Below, in pieces: positions 1 to 43,200 of a stretch of DNA of 64,000 nt. The notes below the pieces were generated by a model. That model had not been told where the DNA came from. It saw nothing but the letters and a program-made list of their open reading frames with translations, and did not search any database. Numbering within the stretch: position 1 is the first letter of the stretch; every line of letters starts with the position of its first letter. The translations under genes were made by a program, and so were the position numbers. Where the stretch lies: NCBI RefSeq assembly GCF_018977255.1, contig NW_024704757.1:6944001-7008000 (forward strand), in the 5' to 3' direction. Origin of the DNA: Callorhinchus milii (taxonomy: Eukaryota).

Positions 1-363
1 GCCGAGGAGCCCGAATCGTTCGAGGAGATCAAGCGACTACGGGAGCAGATCCTAGCGGTGAAGCAGGACCAGCCCAGCACACCGATGGTGGTAGTGGCTA
101 ACAAGGCAGACTTGGCCCAGGACAGACTAGGCTCGGCACAGGACATGATAGCGGCCATGGTGCAGTTGGACTGGGGTTGTAGTTTCCTGGAGACTTCAGC
201 CAAACACAACCACAATGTGTTGACCCTCTTCAAGGAGCTCCTACTGCAGGTCCAGCTGCCCAGCATGCTGAGGTCTACCCTAGACCGCAGGAGAGACACC
301 TTCCCCAGGGAGAGCCAGCCCAGACCCATCGGCAGCAAGAGCCACAGTTGTGCCATCTCCTAG
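1..363 (+). CDS. 3' part of a RASD/Rhes-like (teleost rasd4-type) Ras-family small GTPase; 5' end lies outside the window
   Basis: Frame open from base 1: AEEPESFEEIKRLREQILAVK...VVVANKAD (G4 NKxD)...FLETSAK (G5)...RRRDTFP...SHSCAIS*. It ends in a CaaX prenylation motif (CAIS) and TAG at 361-363. Candidate AATAAA at 872-877. Confidence 0.85.
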   Translation, partial: AEEPESFEEIKRLREQILAVKQDQPSTPMVVVANKADLAQDRLGSAQDMIAAMVQLDWGCSFLETSAKHNHNVLTLFKELLLQVQLPSMLRSTLDRRRDTFPRESQPRPIGSKSHSCAIS

Positions 364-469
364 CCCCAAACCCAATGACCAAAGTCGGGACAGTTTGTTG
401 AATGATTTTCTCCAGATTGGACAATGAAGGAATGTATGTAACTCGGTTTTATCTGAGAATGTTCGGATG

Positions 470-760
470 AGCTGTTAAACCGAAGTCCCATCTCCCTGTT
501 CAGGTGGACATTAAAGACCCCGCAGTGCAATTGGAAAAGAGAAGAGAGTTTCTCTCTCTCTCTCTCTTCCGGTGTCCTGGCCAACAATCCCTCAAATAAA
601 ATTGGTTGTTCATTCCATGGCTGTTTGTGGGACACTGCTGTGTGCTGCTGCGTTTTGTCCACAAAGTACACAGACACTGCACTTTACAGTATATTCTGTG
701 AAGCGCTTTGAGACATCTCAATGGTGTGGTAAGGTCCAAGGATTATTATTATTATTATTC
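470..760 (+). mobile_element. 5'-truncated Deu-domain-type SINE with L2-like tail, in the putative 3' UTR of the RASD-like gene
   Basis: Contains GTTAAACCGA...CTGTTCAGGTGGACATTAAAGA core, then GTTTGTGGGACACTGCTG...GTGAAGCGCTTTGAGAC...(ATT)n tail; the same blocks recur many times in the window. Confidence 0.7.
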
Positions 761-1796
761 ACTTGTAAAGTAATGTTTACGTTTCCACTGAAAGTCCTTA
801 AACCTGGCAAATGTGCTGTAGAATTTAAAAGAGGATTGTATTTTGACTTGTGGTATTGTGAGCTGTATTGCAATAAAATGGTCACGATACCTGACCGAAA
901 ATACCTTTGAAACACTTTGAGAACTCTGGATGTGACGGGGCACTCTACAAGACCAAGATCTTTCTTTGTCATTCATATCAAAATGTTGCATTGACATGAA
1001 TGTCCATGCTTTCTCTTAAGCCAACAAAATATGTAGAGGCAGCAATAAACTGGCAGTTTAATGTGTATGTGATTTCTCAGTATCATTACTCTTGTGGGTT
1101 GGGTTTCAGTGCTGTGGTAGCCTGACTCAGTCACAGGGAGCTTGCCTCTAGGTTCAAAAGTAGAGTTAATCTCCACATCGGGAATTGAGGTCAGTTAATT
1201 GTAGATCTGAATTTTACCTTGTTTGAGATCAGCCACTCAGCACAGAGCGGGGCTGTGTGTGTGTGTGTCTCTCTGACCCAGCATATCATAAAATGTAGAT
1301 CTCAGACGGACTTTGAATATTGACTGAAGCTGTTCAGTGGGTTTGTTTGCCATCTGCATAGCAACGGGGCGAGGGGGGGTGCTGGAGTTTATAATTATTC
1401 CAAGACCAAATCTAGACAACAGAGACATGAAATTTCACCTTGTCTCAGCTGGTCACACCCATTTCTCATCAAACTGATGAAGAACTGAGCAAGATTTCAA
1501 ATGTCCAAGTTGAGTTCCGTAGCTTAGTGGTCAGTGATGAGATGTCTCAATGATGTGATAAGAGGCTATATCAAATGAAAGATTATTATTAAGTGTGTAT
1601 GTGGCTGTCAGCTCTCCGAGGCAAGTGCAGATGACAAGGCAGGCTCTCAGAGCTGCTGAGCTCCCAGTGCACACTAACTAACACCACAGACCCTCACTCA
1701 CACACACCACACTCACACACAACACAGACACTCTCACACACACTCAAACACACCACTGACAAACACACATATCCACACTCACTCACACCACAGACA

Positions 1797-2165
1797 CAAA
1801 AACAACAAGATTACATTTGTATAGCGCCTTTCATATCGGGAGGACATCCCAAGGCGCTGGACAGAGTACAGCATTTCAGACCCGAGCTGGGGTCAGAGGG
1901 GGAGGAGGGAGGGGAGGGGAAGGGGGGTGGCTGATGGCATGGTCAAAGAGGAGGGTCTTCAAGCGGGACTTGAAGGAGGCTAAGGAGGGGGTGAGGCAGA
2001 GTGACTGGGGGTTAGAATTCCAGGGGGTTGGGGGCAAAGTTGTTGAAGGCTCTTCCGCCAATGATGGGGCGGGTGGCTCGGGGGACATGGAGCAGGCCAG
2101 AGCTGGCTGAGCGGAGGGAACAGGCGGTTTGGTAGGGGGTTAGGAGATTGCAGAGGTAGGGTGGG
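1797..2165 (-). mobile_element. L2-clade LINE 3' fragment
   Basis: Minus-strand frames give L2 RT C-terminal remnants (PPYLCNLL, IGGRAF, PWNS, SFKSRLKTLLF), then the 3' tail CAGCGCCTTGGGATGTCCTCCCGA...AGGCGCTATACAAATGTAA(TTG)n. Confidence 0.75.
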
Positions 2166-2631
2166 GCACACACACAAGTCGTACAGCAACAGACAGGTGT
2201 GGATGATTCCGTTTCCCTGGTGTGCCCAGTGTGAGGTGCCCAGTGCAAGGTGTGAGCAGGAGTTGTGGTGAGCACCAGTGGCCGGGCTCTCCAGTATATC
2301 TAGCTCGCTGCCAGGCTGCTCGTATGGAGGTGCTGACAGCGTGGCTTTAATTAAACTTCAACTGGAAACTCTTTGATGGCATTGCCATGATCGCAGTGGT
2401 GGTGGTTGGGGCAAACAGCATAAGCCTTCACTAGGGAACGAGGCAGATATTTGAAAAGGAGTGAACAATAGGGGTGTGAGGGGAAAGGCCAGGTAAATGG
2501 GACTGAGAGGATTGCTCTTTAAACAACGCAGCAGACACAATGGGATGAATGGCCTCCTGTGCTGTAGATCTCTATCTTTTCTATGGTGATCAAGGTCCAA
2601 GTGCAAACAGATAATAATCTTATTATCTTAT

Positions 2632-3088
2632 TATCTTATTATTATCAAATCCTTGTATTTGATACAGGTCCTTATCACTTTGTTGAGACGTCTCAAAGCA
2701 CTTCACAGGGATATACTGTAAAGTGGAGTGACATTTTGTGGGTGAAACACAGCAGCCAATTGCGCACAGCAGTATTCCCACAAACAGTTTTGGAGTGAGA
2801 GACCACATTTTTTTATTTGGCGGGAATGTTGGCCAGGATCCCGGGAGAGAGAAACTCTATTCTCTTTTTGAATAGCACCGCGGGATCTTTAACGTCCACC
2901 TGAACAGGCAGATGGGACCTTGGTTTAACTTCTCATCCGTAGGATGGCACCTTCGACAATACAACACAACCCCAGTGCTGCATTTCAGCATCAGCTTAGA
3001 CTGTGTGATTCCAAGTCCCGAGGTGGGTTTTGAACCCACAAGCTTTTGATTCAGAGGTGAGAGCGGTACCACTGAGCTAGGCTGACAC
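2632..3088 (-). mobile_element. Near full-length tRNA-headed Deu-domain SINE (SacSINE1/DeuSINE-like)
   Basis: Reverse complement has TAGCTCAGTGGTA (A-box) and GGGTTCAAAACC (B-box-like) head, a Deu-like core (CTGCCTGTTCAGGTGGACGTTAAAGATCCC), and the shared SINE tail ending in (ATT)n. Confidence 0.75.
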
Positions 3089-3619
3089 TATAAATAATGG
3101 TGATGTCTCTCGGGCTCTGGTTATCAAACCTCTTCACCTTGCTGTTGCCAGGGACAAGCGCACACAGTGCATACATGTGTGAATGTCGAGTACAAGGCAA
3201 GTGGCTCCTCTCTGATTCATTACCTGGGCTGCAAATAGCTGCCATCCGCTCAGAGACACGTCCTCCATATGCCTCAAACCCCACTCGTCTCACACCCACC
3301 ACTCCCAGAATAACAATTTCCAAGCGCATAAATACAATCTATGTATATCTGTTTCACTGGCCCCCATCCTGCCCTCTCCATCATCGGGCCTTCAGCCTCT
3401 CTGCTCCCACCCCCTGAAACTCTATCCTGGAGCCCCTCTACCTTGCCCCCTCCCTGGCCTCATTAAGGCCCGTCTCAAGACCTTCCTCTTTGACCAGACC
3501 TTTGTTTTTCTTCCCACCTCCACCCTCCCTGCCCTCCAGCTCTCTTGACTCCAGACCCCAGCTCAGGTGGAAACCTTTGACTGTCCAGCACCTTGGGACG
3601 TCCTTGCTTTGTTCAGCCA

Positions 3620-3830
3620 GGGTGCACAGAAACCGATCAACATGCTTAAGAGTACCTAGACAGGATTCTACATACGTATGCTGGTTACACACGGCAATTT
3701 CCGTGTCTGGAATATGCACTCTCTCCCTGGAAGGACATGTATTCTAATTCCGGAAAGTATTAGGTGCAGGTTGGTGAGAACCAAGGCTTGGAGACCCCAG
3801 AGTGTACGATTTGGATGTTATCCACATACA
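3620..3830 (+). mobile_element. Partial copy of the ~440-bp MITE-like family
   Basis: Shares GCTTAAGAGT, GGAATATGCACTCTCT and CTAATTCCGGAAAGTATTAGG blocks with the copies at 7885, 24012, 57701 and 60115. Confidence 0.6.
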
Positions 3831-4029
3831 TGTGGGGGTTAAGCCCATTTCTGGGGATGAGGTCCTATAAGATAATAATAATCATCATCCTTGCATTTGA
3901 TATAGCGCCTTATCATATCTTCAAGGCGTCTCACAGCACTTTACAGGATACGTTGTAAAGTGTAGTGACTGTGCACACAGTAGTGTCCCACAAACTTTGG
4001 GGGATTGAGTGACCAGAATATTTTCTAAA

Positions 4030-4610
4030 TGAGGAGAAACTAAGAACTGTGGAGGAGCAAAGGGATTTTTGCTCCTCACAGGTACAACAGGTACAACACG
4101 TTATCAAAAAGGCCTAATTGGCTCTGGAGGGCGTGCAGTGCAGGTTCATCAGAATTATACCGGGGCTTAACAGGTTGAGCTAGGAGTACAGGTTGCATTA
4201 ACTTGGTCTCTATTCCCTTGCGTCTGGAAGGTTGAGTCTGATCCGATTGAAATGTCTAAAATAATAAAGAGATTTGATAGGGTAGCGACTGAGAAACTAT
4301 TTCCTCTGGTGGGGTATCCAGAACAAGGGGCATAGCCTTAAAACTAGAGCCAGGCCATTTAGGAGTGAAAACAGGGGCAGTTTTTCTCCCAGAGGGTAGT
4401 GGAAATCTGGAACTCTCTCCCCCGAAAGGCTGTGGATTATGGCTGGAGCCGTTCACATCCTCAAGACTAAGGTTAGATGGATGTTGGTCGGGTCACGATA
4501 TCAAGGGATACGCGGCAAAGGGTTAGTAACTGGATCTTAAGTGCAGACCAGCCATGATCTTATAAAATGGCAGAACAGGCTCGAGGGGCTGAATGGCCTA
4601 TTCCTGTTTC
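4030..4610 (+). mobile_element. CR1-clade LINE 3' fragment, degenerate
   Basis: Remnant RT C-terminus (ALEGVQxRFxRxIPGL-like) followed by the tail GACCAGCCATGATCTT...GAACAGGCTCGAGGGGCTGAATGGCCTATTCCTGTT. The same tail recurs at about 7735-7865, 12700-12860 and 53410-53552. Confidence 0.7.
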
Positions 4611-4959
4611 TTTAACCAATTTCCCAACCACCCCCACACTCTTGTTTCCCACTAACAGGAGTGAGTGTAGTTTATATGGGAATAATAATATTAATAATAT
4701 GGGATAAAAGATCGAAGAGATCCCCTTGTGACACGTGCCTTTGGGAGGGTAAGGTCTGTGTGTGTGTGAATGAACCACCGGACCCAGGCTCAGTGCTGCT
4801 CAGCGAGACCGAGACCGAGACCCGGACCCGACCTTCTCTCAGTGTGAACACACTCTCCGCGGCAGACAACCCGGAAGCGTCGGCCCCTTTGGTCACCGCC
4901 CACGGCCGCGTTGCCGGGACGATAGCGTGAAGGCGGGACGAGCCGCGGACTCCCCGGTC

Positions 4960-5130
4960 TCTGATTGGCTCGTGGGTCCGCCAGTCCGTCGCCGCCGCAC
5001 AATGATTGGCTGGCGGAGCTGTCGCTCAGGCGCCGTCGCTAGGCACCGCCCTCGGCTTCTATTTAAACGGAATCGGCCAATCAGAAGCGGCTCCGGACTG
5101 ACTAACCGACAGCGCTCCAGATTTGAATCC
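4960..5130 (+). promoter_or_regulatory. PLK1 G2/M cell-cycle promoter (CCAAT boxes, MYB site, CHR)
   Basis: CpG-rich region with ATTGG at 4964 and 5005, CCAAT at 5077, TTTAAA at 5062, TAACCG (YAACNG) at 5103 and TTTGAA (CHR) at 5122-5127, about 320 bp before the PLK1 ATG. Confidence 0.7.
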
Positions 5131-5445
5131 AGAGCCACACGGAGAGGGAGACACTGAGAGAGAGACAGACAGACAGACACCGAGAGAGGCGCCGGTCGGA
5201 CACTTGCAATCATTTCCCGCACGATCAGCCGCCCGCAGCGCCGTGTGTCCGGCAGCACAGACTCCAGAGCCGGTATTTTAATCGGTCACCGACCCTCAAC
5301 ACCCCCCGCCTCCCCCCCCCCCCCCCGCCGCCCCACTCCCTTTACAACCCGGAAAAGTCACCCGTTTTATTTTTCTCCCCATCCGCCCTCTCCCCCAACC
5401 CACCCACCAACACCAGCCCCCACCCCCCCCCAAAAAAAAAAAAAA

Positions 5446-13093
<7,648 letters not shown>

Positions 13094-13222
13094 GGTGGGG
13101 TGTCAGCCGTGCTGGGCAAGCCCGTACAAACTGTTTACTGACTTTAAGCTGGGTGCAACAAGTGACTAGAGAGGGTTTCACCTATGTACATAAAGCTTTT
13201 TTTTGTAATGTTGAATTGTATT

Positions 13223-13793
13223 AATAAACATTTTGAAATTATTAGCAGAACTAAATATTTGTTTAGATATTATGTGAGGATGAGGGGGAAGGAAGAGAGA
13301 CTATGTCTATATTTGAACCCTCCTCATGATGTGTGCAGGCAGGGCTGTGTAAATATAGGCTGCTGTACAGTGTGCTCTGTTAACCTCTTTACACTTGTTG
13401 ACCTGATGAATTGGGGAATATGAACACTCTTGTATAATCTTTATTTCTACACTTTCCAACTGAGAATTTTGTAACCTGAAGCTGCTGTTGTGCAGGTACT
13501 TTTGTCTACTCTAGTTCCCATCACTATGTTGGTTGAAAAAGCAGCCTGGTGGTACCTTGGTGTGAGTGGAGTTTTGCAAGAATAAACTCACAAAGGTTTG
13601 GGTTTAACCCATGTTGGCTTCCAGTTACTGATCTGATGTTAACAAAGCTGGAGATTGTATTTCTTTTTACCCTTTTCTGCTTGTTTCCTGAACCTCTATC
13701 TCACTGCTTGTGGCCAATTGAATTTGGTGATTTCTTTTTTTTAAAAAAAATGTGCCTCCTTCAAAATGTATTCCTGTTTATATTAAAAATAAA
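13223..13793 (+). terminator. Candidate proximal (13223-13228) and distal (13788-13793) PLK1 polyadenylation signals
   Basis: AATAAA hexamers in an AT-rich 3' UTR downstream of the PLK1 stop at 13093. Confidence 0.5.
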
Positions 13794-14187
13794 ATCTTCA
13801 TAAATATCATTTTCTTGGCTTGGGAGAGTGGAATCTACTGCAGCAGTGACTGTACAGTGCCAGGTATTAATTACTGATGGCCTCATTCCCTTCCCCAGTT
13901 CCCAGATTGAGTGTAAGACCCTCGTCCTCACTTTCAAAGCCCTCCACAGTCTTGCTCCTCCCAACCGCTGTGATCTAACCCTTTACCGCCCTTCCCCCTC
14001 TCTCTGCTTGGTGGGCACTGGCCTGTTCCATATCCCCCGCCCTGCCTGTCCCACCATCAGTGGTAGGGCCGTCAGCCTTTCTGCCCCCACCCTCTGGAAC
14101 TCTATTCTGGAGCCCCCTCAACCCTAATTCTGTCTCAAGACCCTCTTTGACTGCCTTCACTCCTCCCTGCCCTCCACTCCTCTGTAC

Positions 14188-15105
14188 CCAACAAGATTAC
14201 ATTTGTATAGCGCCTTTTACGTCGGGAGGACGTCCCAAGGCGCTGAACAGTGTACAGAATTTCAGACCCGAGCTGGGGTCGGGGGGATGGCCGATGGCGT
14301 GGTTGAAGAGGAGGGTCTTGAGGCGGAACTTGGAGGAGGTGAGGCAGAGTGAATGGGGAATGGAATTCCAGAGGTTGGGGGCAGAGTGGCTGAAGGCTCT
14401 CCTGCCAATGGTGGGGTGGGTGGGTCGGGGGATGTGGAACAGGCCGGAGCCGGCTGAGCGGAGGGAACGGGAGGGTTGGTAGGGCGAGGCCATGGAGGGC
14501 TTTGTAGATGAGGACCAGGATCTTGAACTGGATCCTCTGAAGGATACGGAGCCAATGGAGTCGGGTGAGAATGGAGGAGATGGTGTCACGGAGTTTGGTG
14601 AGGGAGAGGACACGGGCTGCAGAGTTCTGGATTATCTGTAGCCTGTGGAGGGAGAAGATTGTAAGGCCGACAAGCATAGTCGAGCCTGGAGGTGATGAAG
14701 GCATGAACAAGAGTTTCAGTGGCCTGAGGGGTGAGGTAGTGGCAGAGTCGGGCAATGTTATGGAGGTGAGAGAATGCAGAGCGGGTCATGGCTTGGATGT
14801 AGGGGNAAAAAAGACAGTTGAGGGTCGAACAAGACACCGAGGTTCCTGACTGACTTGGTGAATTGTAGTGTGCAACAACGGAGGTTGATGCTGCCAGAGC
14901 CTGAGGTGCAGAGGCGCTGGCGAGAGCCAATCAGGAGAGCCTCAGTCTTGTTCATATTCAACTGTAGGACATTTGCCCTCATCCAGGACTTGATGTCTGA
15001 CAGGCAGTCTGTCGGACACCAGTGGTCCTGGAATTGAGGGTGGAGGCAGAAAGATAGGGTTGGGTGTCATCGCATACATATGGAAGTTGACCCTATGTCT
15101 GCGGA
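14188..15105 (-). mobile_element. L2-clade LINE, ~0.9-kb degenerate 3' fragment between the converging PLK1 and ERN2
   Basis: Frameshifted RT remnants across the ORFs: VNFHMYA, LQLNMNKTEALLIG, SVRNLGVLFD, ETLVHAFITSRLDY, LQIIQNSAARVL, LHWLRILQRIQFKILVLIYKALHGLA, APNLWNSIP. It ends in the L2 tail at about 14190-14245. Confidence 0.9.
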
Positions 15106-17408
15106 GTGCAAGTGGATTAGACAACTGCAACAAATGACGACATGTGGCACGAGGAATCATTTAGTAATGTATTTTACACTCAGATTTCCAATAAAAAACA
15201 TTTCCCCACCATTATTTACAAGCACAGTTAGCATCTGAAAAAATACAACTTAAATAAATTCAAGTACATGAAAGAGTTTTAAACCTTTGCTCTATGCAGG
15301 AGGCCAAGTACATTAATCTCAGCTAAAGCTCCATTCCACCACCTGTTTGTAAGCATACTGCTGCTCTGCAGGTACAGGAGCTCTGTGTCCAGGTGCTACC
15401 CTGGTTGTGAGCCCTTGTCTGAAGGGAGGTTGTTGCTGAGTGTTGGGAAACAGTGACTACACACAACTGTGGTTAAGGTCATTTTTAAACCGTATAAACT
15501 GATCAACACGCTGTTGTTTCCACCTCTCAGTCATCAGGCGCAGGCCCCACAGAGCAGTAACAAGTGGTGAGCGTGCTTTATACTGAACAAACAGTCCAGG
15601 GAGGAGTTGCCCTCTACCTTCACATTAAAACCAATGCACTTCATACCCACTCCAGTGTTCTAGAAACCCTTATAAGCCCTTTATTGCACCTAACCCCACC
15701 CACTTCATCAACCCCAGGCCAGATCACCCCCTCCTCACACAGCCTTTGGCACTATAACTTACAATTATTGCATTAACATCATTGCTAGTCTATCATCCAC
15801 CCAGAACTACAGTACCATCACTGCCAGAAACATGATCACCAGGCAGGCTGGCACCGGCTCTGTCCTCCAATTCCTAAATGAGTTGGTGATAACGTGAAGA
15901 TATAGTCACATCCCAATAGTGCCCAGGATAATGTGGCTGCACCATGCTAGGCACTGCAGTCCTCTTTCATGTGGAGTGGAGAGCGAGAGAGATCAAACTG
16001 CAATAGGTTTAGAGCTCAGTTCCCTTCACTCACTGAACCATTTCTCATACATGTGAATTCATCTGTCTGAAAATGGGAGACGGTGGCTGAAATGGCAATG
16101 TCCTTGGCTGCTCCTCCCATTGTCGCTTCCCATGTATCCTGCACGAATGAGTCAGTCGTAGGCCGATGTGAGACAGCTTGCTGGTTTCACCATCGTACAC
16201 TGGCCTGCTCAAAGACGCTGCCCCATGTGAAGGGTGCTGTAGAAATATCATTTACTCTTGCTTTCCAAAGTGTAATAAAAAGATTTTCTCCTCATTTGAA
16301 AAAATATATTTTATTAAAAAAAAGACCTCCTTTGGAATCTTAATGCTTTGGCCTCCAGGATCCTTTTCTCTCTGATGGCCGTTCAGAGAGTTTGCAGGAT
16401 ACAAAATTCCACTTGTCCATTCATAATTACTGTGTAAACAAGATCATTTCACCTGCTCGTCTGCCCTCCTCTCCATGCAGCCAACAACAGTTGGCCTTTG
16501 CTAATCTGGGGTGAAGAGGGGGCAGTGGCTGTAGTATGAACACACAGTCCTTGGCTCAGACACTAGGAGGTCCTGGAATGGGCACAGGTTTTAGTGAGAC
16601 TGACATTGAGAAGATCCAGCAGCCCATTTGCTCTCATCATTCTACAGTAGTTTTCTTAAATGATGGCTCTTCCTGATAACCTGATTCCAGCCATGATTGT
16701 GTCTCTGTGTGACTGAGCAGCTTGCCTCTGCTCAGCAGTGTGCCTGGGTGCATTTTCTGCAGAGAAACCGGCTCTGGAACCCATTGGGCAGAACAAAGTT
16801 GACTATCCTTTGGTCACTATTGTTTTCCCTACTGATGATGATCATCATCATATCTTTGCACTTGAAGCTAAAGCCTGCAGCAGGAACCCAGTTAGCACTC
16901 ATGGGGTGGAGTAGATTGTGTCAGCAGATTCATTGGAGCAACCCAGATTTCAACACGAGCGAGTGCCTGATATCCACACTAACTGGGACCAGCCCCCATT
17001 GTGGATATGAAAACCTTACAGAAAACATGTGTGTATGTGTCCTTCTCTCTCGATACATTATGTACTTACCTGATCACCTCTCTCCAGTGTGCGCTTTTTA
17101 AGTAAACATTGTGAGCATGGGTTACATTGCACACATCAGTACAATGACGTTTTTCACTGACATTAATTCCCACTTCATGTCCTGATATGAATAAGGGGAC
17201 GTGCACTGGTGCACTGATCAGGGGTGTTCTGTGAACCAAACACCATGTAAAAGCATTCTGCTATTAAGACCACTTTTCAACCGTTCCACAACAGACACAT
17301 GTCCTTCTCTGGACCTTCTTCCCACATCCTGGCTCTTAAAAAGTCTTGAACGTGGTTCCGCGATGATTAAAGCACAGACATTACAGTTCCAGTACTCCCC
17401 AGGGCAGA

Positions 17409-42532
<25,124 letters not shown>

Positions 42533-42800
42533 GGCACCTCTCGCTGCCACCACCGCCCCCCCACCGCCGTCGCCAACCGTCACCGCTCGCGCGCCCGACA
42601 GCCTGCGCGCATGTGCAGACCCACCCCCAGGGCATGCCTCCTATTGGCTGAGGTGCCACACCGCCGCGTCTGATTGGCTAAACCAGGAGCCACTGGGAGG
42701 GCGGGGTGGTGGTGTGTGTGTGTGAGCCAATCAGCTGAGGGCTTCAGCTTTAGACCAATAGCAGCGCGCGCTGGGAACTCAGCCAATCTGCGGCGTTAGG
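42533..42800 (-). promoter_or_regulatory. ERN2 CpG-rich promoter/5' UTR with five CCAAT boxes, GC box and NRF1-like site
   Basis: ATTGG at 42643 and 42673, CCAAT at 42727, 42755 and 42783, GGGCGGGG at 42699, and CGCGCATGTGCA near 42606. Confidence 0.65.
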
Positions 42801-42859
42801 AAGTAGAGGAGGCGGGGCTCATACTGGCGGAGCACGTGGTGCTACAAGTTACAGTGATG

Positions 42860-43200
42860 ATAATTATGATAATAATAATATAATAATAATAATAATCCTT
42901 GCATTTGATATAGCGCTTTTCACGTCGGGAGGACGTCCCAAAGCACTTCACAGAACACACTGTAAAGTGAATTGACTGTATATTTGTGGGCGAACGCGGC
43001 AGCCAATAGCGCACAGCAATGTCCCACAAACAGTCGTGGATTGAAAATGACCAATTTATTATTGTTTTGGTTTTGGAGGGATTATTATTAGGCTCTGTGT
43101 GGAGTAAGGAAACTTGCCCAAGGTTTCGCCCTCTGCCTGGAATTGAACTCAGGTCTCTCGCTTGCAAAGCGAGTGCGCAACCACTGAGCTACAGGACTCC
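42860..43200 (-). mobile_element. Full-length tRNA-derived SINE directly upstream of the ERN2 promoter
   Basis: Head GGAGTCCTGTAGCTCAGTGG (A box) and GTTCAATTCC (B box); tail GGGACGTCCTCCCGACGTGAAAAGCGC and a long (ATT)n. Confidence 0.85.

Noticed and set aside
5245-5445. In-frame upstream GTG extension of the PLK1 ORF
   Set aside because: Low-complexity Pro-rich translation of the C-rich 5' UTR; the ATG at 5446 gives a normal PLK1 N-terminus.
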